Assembly: GCA_018304505.1 (NCBI GenBank)
Contig: JAGVWA010000013.1
Coordinates: 1-41,267 of the forward strand
Origin: Nanobdellati archaeon
GTDB lineage: Archaea > B1Sed10-29 > JAGVWA01
Direction: 5' to 3'
Length of the DNA stretch: 41,267 nucleotides
Under the pieces are notes generated by a model. The model did no database searches. It was given only the letters and a program-made list of their open reading frames with translations, and was not told the DNA's origin. Of the stretch, positions 1 through 9,839 are shown in pieces; the stretch's first letter is position 1; the number at the start of each line of letters is the position of its first letter. A program made the translations under genes and the position numbers.

Positions 1-133
1 CAAAGTTTAATTTGCATTTTTCTTGTTCTTTATCTAAGGATGGTTTATCTTATCTAACTTAAATAAGAACTTAGCGTTAGATAAGATAAACCATCCTTAG
101 ATAAAGAACAAGAAAAATGCAAATTAAACTTTG
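1..133. repeat. Perfect 58-bp inverted repeat (1-58 / 76-133) with 17-nt loop, at the window edge
   Basis: caaagtttaa...cttatctaac is the exact reverse complement of gttagataag...ttaaactttg. Confidence 0.95.
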
Positions 134-143
134 CGTGAGCCGA

Positions 144-1319
144 ATGAAGATCCTAATACTCACATTCAATTTCCCGTATAAATCAGCGGGGGGAACAATG
201 GGCTACGGTGGCGGCGACATCGCCGTGCTACAGCACGCGCAGGAACTCACAAGCCGGGGGCACAAGGCCATCGTTGTTTCCCGGAAATCCAGAAGCGACC
301 ACGGCGGAGAAATTTACCCCAATACTTACCGCACGCCAAGTTTCGGTTTCCACAACAGGACCCTAACTGGATTCGACGTGCTGAGATTCATCAATCTCGC
401 AACCAGAATCGCAAAACAAGAAAAAGTGGACATCATTGAGTCACACAATCCAATAGGCGCAGTAGTTGGTTATTTCGTTGCAAAGCGCACCAAGAAACCA
501 CACGTGATTTACATGCACGGCCCATGGGCAAAAGCGCGGGAGCTCTCAAACACGGGTTTAATGACAAATAAAATAGCACGGGGCATAGAAGGATTCACGC
601 TGCGCAGGGCCAACTTGATTATAACAGTTTCAGAATCCCTAAAAAAAGAACTGCTACACAAATACGCCTTAAACAAGAAAAAAATAACCCATATAGCAAA
701 CGCAGTCGACGCCGACTTTTTCAAGCCGATGGAGAAAAACAACGCACGCCAGCGCTTGAACCTACCAATAGACAAATTCATTATTCTTTACACAGGCCGT
801 TTTGTAGAAGAAAAGGGCATCTTTGACCTGCTTAAAGCTGCAGAGGAATTCAAAAACAAGAACGTGCTCTTTTTGCTCGTTGGCGATGAGGCCAGGTCAA
901 AATGGCTTCACGAGCAAGTGAAAAACAAAAACCTTGCGCGGCACTTCAAAATCGCTCCATTTACAGAATACGAAGAAATGCCATATTACTACAGCGCCGC
1001 AGACCTCTTTGTGCTGCCGAGTTACGCAGAGGGCATGAGCCGCGCCATGTTAGAAGCAATGTCGTGCCAAACAGCAGTGGCGGTAACGCCCGTTGGTGGA
1101 AATAGTGAGGTTGTTAAGCATGAAAAGAACGGCTTGCTCATCGAGCCCAAGAATCCACGGGACATCGCGCATGCAATCAACTATATCCTGCGGAATAAAA
1201 ACAAGGCCGGCGAAATGGCAAAAACAGCAAGGAAAACCATAATACAGGGCCACACTGTGAAAAGGCGCACAGACGCATTCATCAGCGCCTACCAAGACCT
1301 GCTGAAAAAGAAGAAGTGA
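144..1319 (+). CDS. Glycosyltransferase family 4 (GT-B) protein
   Basis: N-terminal MKILILT...GG, YTGRFVEEKG, DLFVLPSYAEGMSRAMLEAMSC (E-x7-E), GLLIEPKN. ATG 144 preferred to ORF-track start 117, which lies inside the inverted repeat. Confidence 0.93.
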   Translation: MKILILTFNFPYKSAGGTMGYGGGDIAVLQHAQELTSRGHKAIVVSRKSRSDHGGEIYPNTYRTPSFGFHNRTLTGFDVLRFINLATRIAKQEKVDIIESHNPIGAVVGYFVAKRTKKPHVIYMHGPWAKARELSNTGLMTNKIARGIEGFTLRRANLIITVSESLKKELLHKYALNKKKITHIANAVDADFFKPMEKNNARQRLNLPIDKFIILYTGRFVEEKGIFDLLKAAEEFKNKNVLFLLVGDEARSKWLHEQVKNKNLARHFKIAPFTEYEEMPYYYSAADLFVLPSYAEGMSRAMLEAMSCQTAVAVTPVGGNSEVVKHEKNGLLIEPKNPRDIAHAINYILRNKNKAGEMAKTARKTIIQGHTVKRRTDAFISAYQDLLKKKK

Positions 1320-1326
1320 AAAACAC

Positions 1327-3051
1327 ATGTGCGGAATAACCGGAATCTCTGGACCAGAAGCAAATTCAGCAGACATCAAGGCAATGTGCAATCTAATAAA
1401 ACACCGTGGACCGGACGACGACGGGTTCTATACCGACGGGGGCATAAACATGGGCATGCGGCGCTTGTCAATAATCGACCTTGAAACTGGCAAGCAACCG
1501 ATGTACAGCAACAATGAACAGTATGTCATTACATACAATGGCGAGATTTACAACTACAAAGCCATCAGGAAACAGCTGCAGGAAAAGGGATACAAATTCA
1601 AAACAGAGTCAGACACAGAGGTGATCGTGAACGCGTACCAGGAGTGGCAGTACAACTACGTGAACTGCCTAGATGGAATGTACGCCATCGCGATTTGGGA
1701 CACTAAAACCAAAACGCTCACATTATCACGCGATCCATTAGGGATAAAACCGCTATACTATGCCACTGTAAACGACAACGTAATATATGGGTCTGAAATC
1801 AAGGCAATTCTAGAATCGGGCCTAATAAAACCAAGACTAGACAATTACTCTGCCTTACCAACCTTTTTGACATATGGCAGCGTCCTCGGCAACATCACCA
1901 TGTTCGAAGGCATTTACAAAATACTTCCAGGACAAACAATGATGTTTCGCGGTGGGAATAAACGGCAAAGCAACATTGAATTCAAAATGAATCCTCAGAA
2001 AATCAGCGAGCAGGAGGCAACAAAGAAGATCCCACAACTGCTAGAAGACGCGGTCGAGAAACGCCTAGTAGCCGACGTTCCAGTCGGCGCATTCCTAAGT
2101 GGGGGCATTGACAGCAGCGCAATTGTTTCATTAATGAGCAAGTACAAAACCGATGGCCTCAAGACCTTCAGCGTGGGTTTCAACGAAGAGAATGATGAAA
2201 CTCGATTTGCAGAAGAGGTCGCAAATGAAATCGGCACTGATCATCACGAAGTGACAATAGACGAAAACGACACACCAAAGTTGACAGAGAAACTAGTCTG
2301 GCACTTTGATGACCTTATCGGCGACGGCGCGGCTTTGCCAACGTACGTTGTTTCCAAGGAAGCCAGAAAGCACGTCAAAGTCGTCTTGTCCGGCGAGGGC
2401 AGTGACGAAATCTTTGCAGGCTACAACAGGTACAAAACGGTTTCAAATTTGTTCCCCATTCCAAAGACCGCAAAGTACAAGGCGTTCTACAATGTGATTT
2501 CGATATTTAACCACGCGCAGCAAAAGCAGTTCTTTAACAATGAAGGTGTTGGCGCGTACAGTGCACTTAAGAGTTACGTTACGGGCCACCCCTTGAATGA
2601 CATGCTGTACTTCGGCATACGCGAAATACTGCCAAACCAGTTGCTTATGAAGGCTGACAAGGCTAGCATGGCAGCTTCGTTGGAGTTACGTGTGCCGTTT
2701 TTGGACAAGGAACTCGTAAAGTACGCGAACAGCTTGCCTGAAAACCTCAAGCTCAACAAGCTGAACCAAAAGTACATCTTGAAGAAATCGCTGCACGGCA
2801 TAGTTCCATGGCACATTATAAACAGGAAAAAGCACGGCTTTGATGTTCCATTGCCCACGTGGTTTAATGGTGCCCTTGGAGAATTCGCAGCGGTCCAATT
2901 AGACAATGGCATTCCAAAGTTCATGAAACCAGAACCCATAAAAAAACTCATTGCGCAAAGGAAATCATTGACAAGGAAGGATGCGAACAGGCTCTGGCAC
3001 ATCCTATTATTGAAACTGTGGATGGAAAAATTCAAGGTAATAGAATGGTGA
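1327..3051 (+). CDS. asnB: Asparagine synthase (glutamine-hydrolysing) family amidotransferase
   Basis: MCGI N-terminal nucleophile, HRGPDD, RRLSIIDL, NGEIYNY, SDTEV, RDPLGIKPLYY, LSGGIDSS, SGEGSDEIFAGY, ELRVPFLD. Confidence 0.95.
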   Translation: MCGITGISGPEANSADIKAMCNLIKHRGPDDDGFYTDGGINMGMRRLSIIDLETGKQPMYSNNEQYVITYNGEIYNYKAIRKQLQEKGYKFKTESDTEVIVNAYQEWQYNYVNCLDGMYAIAIWDTKTKTLTLSRDPLGIKPLYYATVNDNVIYGSEIKAILESGLIKPRLDNYSALPTFLTYGSVLGNITMFEGIYKILPGQTMMFRGGNKRQSNIEFKMNPQKISEQEATKKIPQLLEDAVEKRLVADVPVGAFLSGGIDSSAIVSLMSKYKTDGLKTFSVGFNEENDETRFAEEVANEIGTDHHEVTIDENDTPKLTEKLVWHFDDLIGDGAALPTYVVSKEARKHVKVVLSGEGSDEIFAGYNRYKTVSNLFPIPKTAKYKAFYNVISIFNHAQQKQFFNNEGVGAYSALKSYVTGHPLNDMLYFGIREILPNQLLMKADKASMAASLELRVPFLDKELVKYANSLPENLKLNKLNQKYILKKSLHGIVPWHIINRKKHGFDVPLPTWFNGALGEFAAVQLDNGIPKFMKPEPIKKLIAQRKSLTRKDANRLWHILLLKLWMEKFKVIEW

Positions 3052-3058
3052 ATTCAAA

Positions 3059-4081
3059 ATGATAGTCGGGGGAGGGGTTGTTGGCTGTTATCTGGGCAGC
3101 AAAATCCAGGATCAGGAGATCTGGGAAGCCAAAAACCAGATGCATGAGAAGACGTGCAGCGCTTTGTTCAGCAGGAACATCGCGAAGTTCGGCATCCCTG
3201 TCGAAGAGTCCTGCCTCAATGAAGTTTACGGCGCGCGGTTTTTTTCAGACAACGAATCATTCGAGGTTCGCCAGCGCACTGTGCAGGCGCACGTGTGCGA
3301 CAGGCTTGAGTTCCAAAGGTCTGTTGAAAAAATGGCAACAGACAATGGCTGCAAAATCACATATGGGAAGCGCTGGAATGACGAGCAAGATGACTACATT
3401 ATGGGGTGCGACGGCGCGATTTCCGGAGTAATGAAAAGCATGAACATGACACGTAAATTCATTTACACCTACCAAGTCGAAGCGCAGCTGAAGAGCGATC
3501 CCGATTTTGTTCAGCTTCATTTCGGTGGCTTTGCCCCAGGTTTCTTTGCCTGGATAATTCCAATGAATGAAAACGAAGCCAAGATCGGGCTCGGAATACA
3601 ACAGGGAACCGGGAACCCGAAGGCACGGTTTGACGAGTTTGTTGCAAAGCGCAACATTAATCTGTCGGGGGTTTCAAAGATACAAAGCGCACTCATCCCG
3701 GTTTACGACAAGAAGCCGGTGACGCTGGACAACAAAGCGCTGTGCGGAGACGCAGCAGCACAAGTTAAAAACACGACCGGCGGTGGAATTTTGTTTGGAT
3801 GCGCTGCAGCCGACATTCTGAAGGAAGCTGTTGACAAACAAGACCTAACATACTACGAAACAAGACACAGGAAAGAGCTCATCCCGAAACTCAACGACCA
3901 CGACTTAGTCAGCAAGATCTTGCAGCGCGCTGATTATGACCGCTTGTTTAAGGCGGTGCGTGAAAGGCACGTGGACGAATTGATTTCAGAACACGGCGAC
4001 ATGGAAAACCTATCCGGATTAAAGAAACAGTTTTTCAAGAGGCCGCTGACAATGCTTGCGATGGCGCGGGCCATGATCTAG
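3059..4081 (+). CDS. Short geranylgeranyl-reductase-family FAD-dependent oxidoreductase
   Basis: IVGGGVVG Rossmann motif, GCDGA, APGFFAWIIP, CGDAAAQVKNTTGGGI; GGTGA RBS overlapping the asnB stop. Confidence 0.85.
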   Translation: MIVGGGVVGCYLGSKIQDQEIWEAKNQMHEKTCSALFSRNIAKFGIPVEESCLNEVYGARFFSDNESFEVRQRTVQAHVCDRLEFQRSVEKMATDNGCKITYGKRWNDEQDDYIMGCDGAISGVMKSMNMTRKFIYTYQVEAQLKSDPDFVQLHFGGFAPGFFAWIIPMNENEAKIGLGIQQGTGNPKARFDEFVAKRNINLSGVSKIQSALIPVYDKKPVTLDNKALCGDAAAQVKNTTGGGILFGCAAADILKEAVDKQDLTYYETRHRKELIPKLNDHDLVSKILQRADYDRLFKAVRERHVDELISEHGDMENLSGLKKQFFKRPLTMLAMARAMI

Positions 4082-4083
4082 CG

Positions 4084-4758
4084 TCACTTGCCAAAGTTTC
4101 TTCTAGTGCTTTCGTAAAAATCGATGGCCTTATCGAAGGTTTGCCTGTCAAGCTCAGGCCATAGTTTGTCTGTAAAGAAAAATTCGCTGTACGCGGTCTG
4201 CCATGTCAAGAAGTTACTCAACCTTTGCGTGCCCCCTGTTCTGATTACGAGATCGACGTCCTGCTGTTCGTAGAGCTTTTCCTGCAAGGCCTGCTCAGTC
4301 ACTGTGCCCTGGATGCTGTTCACTGCCTGAATCAACTCAGCTCTGCCACCATAGGCCAGGGCGATGTTCAGCTTCCGCTTGTCATTGTTGGAGGTTTTTT
4401 CCTCCAGTGCTGCAATCGCGTTGAGTAAAGCCTGATTTTTCAATAAGTGGCGCTCGCCGATAACCCTGACCTTGACGCCGCTGTCGTAAATTTTGGGGTT
4501 TTCAGCTAGCTTTTTGAAGTAGTCAACGTACAGCCGATACAACACCTCGAGCTCTGCAAAGTTCCGATTCAGGTTCTCGGTCGACAGGGCGTAGACTGTT
4601 GCTGTATTCAATTCGGGAATTTCGAGGCACCAGTCGAAAACCTCCTCGGCCTTGTCAAACCCAGTGGTGTAAGCATCTTTTAAGCTTATCCCACTTTTGG
4701 CGGCATACCTGCGGTTTCCGTCAGTCACGATTGCGATGGACTTCAGCATAATTCTCAC
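4084..4758 (-). CDS. uppS: cis-prenyltransferase (undecaprenyl/polyprenyl diphosphate synthase)
   Basis: DGNRRYA, YALSTENLNR, ALAYGGRAE, IRTGGTQRLSNFLTWQTAYSE, C-terminal RRNFGK; start may be ATG 4749. Confidence 0.96.
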   Translation of the reverse strand: MRIMLKSIAIVTDGNRRYAAKSGISLKDAYTTGFDKAEEVFDWCLEIPELNTATVYALSTENLNRNFAELEVLYRLYVDYFKKLAENPKIYDSGVKVRVIGERHLLKNQALLNAIAALEEKTSNNDKRKLNIALAYGGRAELIQAVNSIQGTVTEQALQEKLYEQQDVDLVIRTGGTQRLSNFLTWQTAYSEFFFTDKLWPELDRQTFDKAIDFYESTRRNFGK

Positions 4759-4840
4759 TGTTTGTGCCTAAAATAAGACGATAGGTATATTAAACTTTAC
4801 GTATTTATTGATTACTATAAATAGGGGTTTAGTGATAAAA

Positions 4841-5443
4841 ATGAGCAAAAGTAAAGGATATTCGCAGATAACGACGTTTCTTTTCATCACGCTCATTATT
4901 ATCACAGCGACCACGGTGGCCTTTATTATTGGGCAGCCGTTTGCGGAGAGCCTTGACGACCCGCTCATCAAGAGCAGCTATGAAAAGCAAATGTCGGCCC
5001 TGGACACGGTAATCAGGGCCTCGGCGCACGGCGACATCAACTTTACAACAACGTACTCGTTTTTCCTGTATGGCGGAACCCGATCAGCGATCGAAATCGA
5101 TGCAAGGAATGACATTGTACGGCTTGTGTTCCGGCCGAAGCTTTACGGCGATTACCTCGGACAGAACTTAACAACGGACTGCAGCGACAACCCAACTTAT
5201 TACCAGGACCCTGAAACCAGGATCCCCTTAAGAAGATTCAACTTCGGCAACCCGAATATAGTCGAGACCATGTTCCTCGGCGGCTCTGGTGCAGAATCAG
5301 AAATCGTGCTCTGCTATGACGGAATCGATATTATAGAAAGCGAAGTGTGCGCTCCAGGAACTCAGCGATCAAGATCGGAAATGCGAGTCACAAAAACCGG
5401 GGCGAACTCGACATCACAGACACTAATGATTGGATTTTGTTGA
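4841..5443 (+). CDS. Pilin-like protein with class III signal peptide
   Basis: MSKSKG|YSQITTFLFITLIIITATTVAFII, three Cys; directly upstream of the T4P ATPase; ATG 4841 preferred. Confidence 0.7.
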   Translation: MSKSKGYSQITTFLFITLIIITATTVAFIIGQPFAESLDDPLIKSSYEKQMSALDTVIRASAHGDINFTTTYSFFLYGGTRSAIEIDARNDIVRLVFRPKLYGDYLGQNLTTDCSDNPTYYQDPETRIPLRRFNFGNPNIVETMFLGGSGAESEIVLCYDGIDIIESEVCAPGTQRSRSEMRVTKTGANSTSQTLMIGFC

Positions 5444-5448
5444 TTGAC

Positions 5449-5895
5449 ATGGATGACATAATGAGCCTGCTGTTTAGAAGCCTGATCCTGCTGGGAGCGA
5501 TAGCTGTCCTGAGCTTCCTCTATCAGGGCTACCTTGATGACCTGAAGCTTCAAAACCAGTACAATCGGGAGGACCAAATAGTCAATTTGGCGCAGGCCAA
5601 GGTGATGAAACTGCTGCGCAGCGTCGACGCGATCAACACCGAGGTAAATGAATCACTGATCTTGCCGGGGCTTGAACACGGCTACGAATTAACGATTTCC
5701 TGCGAAAGCGACGAAATCCATTATAAGGTGGCTAACGTGTTTACTGACAGGACCACAAAACAAGTTGATTACATCAACTGCTCGGCCATAAACTTTGATG
5801 GCGCGGTTGGCTCTGGCAACAACTGCCTCATCGGGAAATACGTTAATGAGACGAATTTAAACATTACACTGGAGGATTCGTGTGGCGCAAGATGA
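5449..5895 (+). CDS. Membrane-anchored minor pilin-like / T4P accessory protein
   Basis: N-terminal hydrophobic helix (LLFRSLILLGAIAVLSFLY), long helix, then beta region with 4 Cys; tightly coupled to its neighbours; no clear K/R-G site. Confidence 0.55.
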   Translation: MDDIMSLLFRSLILLGAIAVLSFLYQGYLDDLKLQNQYNREDQIVNLAQAKVMKLLRSVDAINTEVNESLILPGLEHGYELTISCESDEIHYKVANVFTDRTTKQVDYINCSAINFDGAVGSGNNCLIGKYVNETNLNITLEDSCGAR

Positions 5896-7702
5896 ATTAG
5901 AAGGCGTGCTGGAAGAGGTCACGGAAGGCAAGCAAAAAAAGAAGAAGCCTGTAAAGGCTGAAGCTGTCAAGCTCGGCACGGAAACGCCATCAGGCCAGCC
6001 CGAGGCCACTGAGGTCGAACTCAAGAAGCCCAAGGTAGTGGAGTTCCCGCACATCGAGGAAAGGCTTACCGAGACTAAAAAACCAGTTGCCAGCGCCGTT
6101 GTTGGGATGCCGAGCGGGATGATGGAGATTCCAGAGGAAGCGAAAGAAGCCAAGATAAGCACCGAATGGAGCGCGCAGGAAACAAAGGACGTCAACCTGC
6201 GCTATCCTTTGATAGAGCCATATGCCTATGCGAACATCAGATGGAATGATGACACTGAGGAGGTTATATACCACCTAATAGAACCGCCACTAACGAAGCA
6301 TGAAAAGGAGCTCAAGGAAAAGATCACCACGCTCATGATGGACCTGCTTGACATCAACCTTACAGCGATCAAGGACGTAGCGACTGTGAAGAACTACCTC
6401 AAGGACAAGCTAACGGAAATAATAAACGAGTATGAAATTCAGGTGTCTGACTCTGAATACAATAAGATAACGTATTACCTGTACCGCGATTTCCTCGGGC
6501 TTGGAAAAATCGAGCCAGTTATGCAGGACCTCGACATCGAGGACATAAGCTGCGACGGTAAAGGAATTCCATTGTACTTATTTCACAGGAAATTCGGGTC
6601 AATAAAAACCAACCTCTCCTTCGACACCGACGCGGACTTGAACAGCTTCATAATCAAGCTGGTCCAGCGCTCTGGAAAGCACATCTCGGTTTCTGAGCCC
6701 CTGGTTGACGCGGCGCTGCCAGACGGATCAAGGCTGCAAGCCACGTATTCGACAGAAGGAGACATATCAACAAGGGGAAGCACATTCACCATCCGGAAGT
6801 TCACCAAAGACCCATTGACCATCATCGACCTGATGAACTTTGGCACCATTCCAAGCACCATGGCCGCATACCTATGGATGGCGATCGAATACAAAAACTC
6901 AATACTGGTAAGCGGCGGCACGGCGACCGGAAAAACGAGTGCCATGAACGCATTGTCAATGTTCCTAACTCCGGAACTGAAGATCATCAGCATCGAGGAC
7001 ACCGCCGAATTAAGGTTACCGCATCAGCACTGGATCGCAAAAATCGCGCGCAGTGGCTACGGCCCGCCAACAATTACCGGAGAGCGCCGCGGAGAAGTCA
7101 GCATGTACGAACTATTAAGAGCCGCACTGCGAGAGCGCCCCGACGAAATAATTGTCGGGGAAGTCCGGGGAAAGGAAGCCTATGTGCTATTCCAAGCTAT
7201 GGCGACCGGTCATGCCGGTCTCGCAACGATTCACGGGGAATCAATGGAAGGCGTCGTCAACAGGCTCATAACTCCACCAATCAACCTGTCGGCGGGCCTG
7301 CTGCAGCAGCTAAACATAGTCATGATTTTGCAGCACGCAAAGATAAACAAAATCGACGTGCGCCGCGTTAAGGAGGTCATAGAAATCACGGGTGTGGAAC
7401 TCGAATCCAAATCCCCAATAGTGAACAGGCTATTCAAGTGGGTGCCTGCCGGCGATTACTATCAGTTTTCGAGTGACAGGAGCTACATTTTGAACAAGAT
7501 CCGCGAGGACAAAGGCGTGCCGGAAAAAAGCATCTGGGAAGAAGTCAACAGGCGCAAAGACGCCCTTGAGTGGATGAAGAACAACAACATCCGGTACTAC
7601 AAGGATGTCGGCGAGATCCTGGAAGCGTACCACAGGAACCCCGAAGAGGTCCTGAAAAAAGTTTACGGGCTGGGGAAGTATGGCAAGTCTAATATTCGGT
7701 AG
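5882..7702 (+). CDS. Type II/IV secretion system ATPase (FlaI/TadA/VirB11 family), pilus assembly motor
   Basis: IEDISCDG, LPDGSRLQ, TIRKF, Walker A GGTATGKTS, IEDTAEL, LRERPDEIIVGEVRG (Walker B), TGHAGLATIHG. Confidence 0.95.
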   Translation: MAQDELEGVLEEVTEGKQKKKKPVKAEAVKLGTETPSGQPEATEVELKKPKVVEFPHIEERLTETKKPVASAVVGMPSGMMEIPEEAKEAKISTEWSAQETKDVNLRYPLIEPYAYANIRWNDDTEEVIYHLIEPPLTKHEKELKEKITTLMMDLLDINLTAIKDVATVKNYLKDKLTEIINEYEIQVSDSEYNKITYYLYRDFLGLGKIEPVMQDLDIEDISCDGKGIPLYLFHRKFGSIKTNLSFDTDADLNSFIIKLVQRSGKHISVSEPLVDAALPDGSRLQATYSTEGDISTRGSTFTIRKFTKDPLTIIDLMNFGTIPSTMAAYLWMAIEYKNSILVSGGTATGKTSAMNALSMFLTPELKIISIEDTAELRLPHQHWIAKIARSGYGPPTITGERRGEVSMYELLRAALRERPDEIIVGEVRGKEAYVLFQAMATGHAGLATIHGESMEGVVNRLITPPINLSAGLLQQLNIVMILQHAKINKIDVRRVKEVIEITGVELESKSPIVNRLFKWVPAGDYYQFSSDRSYILNKIREDKGVPEKSIWEEVNRRKDALEWMKNNNIRYYKDVGEILEAYHRNPEEVLKKVYGLGKYGKSNIR

Positions 7703-8582
7703 AACATATAGACAAGTGGCCCTAAAGTCTATGGGCGCCATGTACGACATAATAGAAAAAAACTTCAAGAGCGACGTAAAAAAGATGGCCCCATTGCTGC
7801 GACAATCCGGGCTGCACATGACAGTTGGGGAGTACGTGTCCGTGGCCATGCTCACAACAACCCTGGCGATTGTTTTTTCGCTCTACTTTTTCAGCATAAT
7901 CTTTTTCAATCTCTTTGCATTCCCTGGAATCGTGTCACTTGCGTTCACATTCATGATGACCTTCCTGGGCTTTGCTGCAAGCGTTGCTTTTTTTTATACC
8001 TACCCCGGCATCAGGATAAACGCTATAGAGCGGAGCATTGAACTGAACCTGCCATACCTAACGACGCACATGGGGACCATAGCCGGCACTGGTGTTCCGT
8101 TGCCCCTGATTTTTGAACTGGTCGGGCAATTTCAGGAATACGGGGTGCTTGCAGAAGAATGCAGAAAGATTGCTAGGGACACGCGCGTCTTTGGCATAGA
8201 CATCCTGACTGCGATGAGCAAGGCCGCGTCAGAGACACCAAGTCCGCATTTCAAGGAACTGCTGTGGGCCATGGTTTCTACGGTTCGCAGCGGCGGTGAT
8301 CTGCGGGAATTATTGCTCGGGAAGAGCAGGTCATTTCTTGAAATCCAGGAGACTGCAATGAATTCTTATGTTGAGTTTCTCGGGATCCTGTCTGAGATGT
8401 ACATCATAGGCTTTGTCAGCGCCCCACTATTCATCATTATACTAATAACTGTAATGAGCCTGATCACTCAGTTACCACTTCCGGCGTCTGCGTTGCTTGC
8501 GCTGATCATTTACATAGGCATGCCTATGGCATACTCCATGTTCCTGGTCATCATAAAAGTAACACGGCCAATAGGTGTATGA
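7680..8582 (+). CDS. Type II secretion system F / TadC-FlaJ family membrane platform protein
   Basis: Hydrophobic segments, IELNLPY...AGTGVP, FGIDILTAM...TPSPHFKELLW...SGGDL; follows the ATPase. Confidence 0.9.
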   Translation: MASLIFGRTYRQVALKSMGAMYDIIEKNFKSDVKKMAPLLRQSGLHMTVGEYVSVAMLTTTLAIVFSLYFFSIIFFNLFAFPGIVSLAFTFMMTFLGFAASVAFFYTYPGIRINAIERSIELNLPYLTTHMGTIAGTGVPLPLIFELVGQFQEYGVLAEECRKIARDTRVFGIDILTAMSKAASETPSPHFKELLWAMVSTVRSGGDLRELLLGKSRSFLEIQETAMNSYVEFLGILSEMYIIGFVSAPLFIIILITVMSLITQLPLPASALLALIIYIGMPMAYSMFLVIIKVTRPIGV

Positions 8583-8585
8583 TCC

Positions 8586-9815
8586 ATGACAGTAACTTCC
8601 ATTTTGAAAAGCCCTGCAAATACGACAATGATTTTCGGCATTGTAAGTTTCATAGCATCCTTGATTTACCTAAGCAACGAGGCCTACTTTTCTCTAGTTG
8701 CGGGCCTGAGCGCGGCTTTAATCGTGCTGCCAAAGTTCATTGAGGCGATGCAGGAATATCAAGAAGCAAGAACCATGGAAAAGTACTTGCCAGACTTCCT
8801 GAGGGAGGTTGCAGAAGCGCACAAGGCAGGCATGCCACTTCCAAAAGCCATAGCCACAGCCGCAGAGGGCAATTATGGCCCGTTGACTAAGCAGATGCGC
8901 ATTGTCGCCTCGCAAGTAAGCTGGGGCATGAGCTTCGACACTGCCTTGTTGCGATTAACCAAGAGGACTTCATCGCGCCTCATTAAACAAACCATGCGCG
9001 TCATCGTCGAGAGCTACCGGGCAGGGGGTGACGTTGCAAGCATCCTGGAAACCGTGTCAGAGGACATACGTTCATTAAAGCAGACAGAGTCAGAACGCAA
9101 GGAAAAATTCTCTGCCAATGTCGCAGTAACTTACGTGATCTTCTTCCTCTTCTTAGGCATCCTGATTGGGTTAGCCAACTTTCTCATTCCGCAGATGACG
9201 CAATTCAGCGCCTTCGCCCCGGCAATTGGTGGTGAATCCAGTCCGCCGACAGAAGCGGAGTACAAGGTTTTCTTTCTACACTTGATACTGATTTCCGCGT
9301 TCTTCAGCGGCATGGTTGCTGGTTTCATGAGCGAGAACTCGTTCCTCGCTGGCCTGAGGCACAGCTTTGTCTTAATGATAATAACGATATTAATCGGCCA
9401 GGTTTTCCTGAACCCGGCACCGCTTACGCAACAGCTCGGAAAGGAGATCTCTACAGTGCCGCCGAGCGGCATCCAGAAATTACAGCTAGGCGGAGCCACA
9501 GCCGAAAAGGTCGAGCCGCGATACAAGACATACGTATTGACAAAGGACATAACTACAGACCAAATCGTGAACAGCGTCAATGAAGAGATTGAAAAGGGCA
9601 TCACGTTCTTCGAAAAACCGATAACAAGCTCGCGAATTCAATTTAGGCAGGAAAAGTGCCTGGCGTGCGAGCGCGGCGACATAACAGTGAGAAAGCACCG
9701 TGTCATAGTTGGCGTTCCAACAAAAATCGCGTACAAGGTTGAGCAGGAAGGGGAAACCTTCATCGTGTTGATAAGGGACACGCCGGCAGAGATGAACGAA
9801 ACAGAAGGGGCTTAA
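8586..9815 (+). CDS. Second T2SSF/TadC platform protein with C-terminal extension
   Basis: LPDFLREVAE..KAGMPL..AI, YGPLT, SWGMSF..AL, AGGDVASILE, FFSGMVAG.MSE....AGLRH; ~130 extra aa after the last TM. Confidence 0.9.
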   Translation: MTVTSILKSPANTTMIFGIVSFIASLIYLSNEAYFSLVAGLSAALIVLPKFIEAMQEYQEARTMEKYLPDFLREVAEAHKAGMPLPKAIATAAEGNYGPLTKQMRIVASQVSWGMSFDTALLRLTKRTSSRLIKQTMRVIVESYRAGGDVASILETVSEDIRSLKQTESERKEKFSANVAVTYVIFFLFLGILIGLANFLIPQMTQFSAFAPAIGGESSPPTEAEYKVFFLHLILISAFFSGMVAGFMSENSFLAGLRHSFVLMIITILIGQVFLNPAPLTQQLGKEISTVPPSGIQKLQLGGATAEKVEPRYKTYVLTKDITTDQIVNSVNEEIEKGITFFEKPITSSRIQFRQEKCLACERGDITVRKHRVIVGVPTKIAYKVEQEGETFIVLIRDTPAEMNETEGA

Positions 9816-9839
9816 GCAAAAACGTTAGGGGCAGCAGCA

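Noticed and set aside
5882-9815. Archaellum (fla/arl) operon
   Set aside because: No FlaH/F/G or archaellin-like genes. The split two-gene TadC arrangement fits a pilus system.
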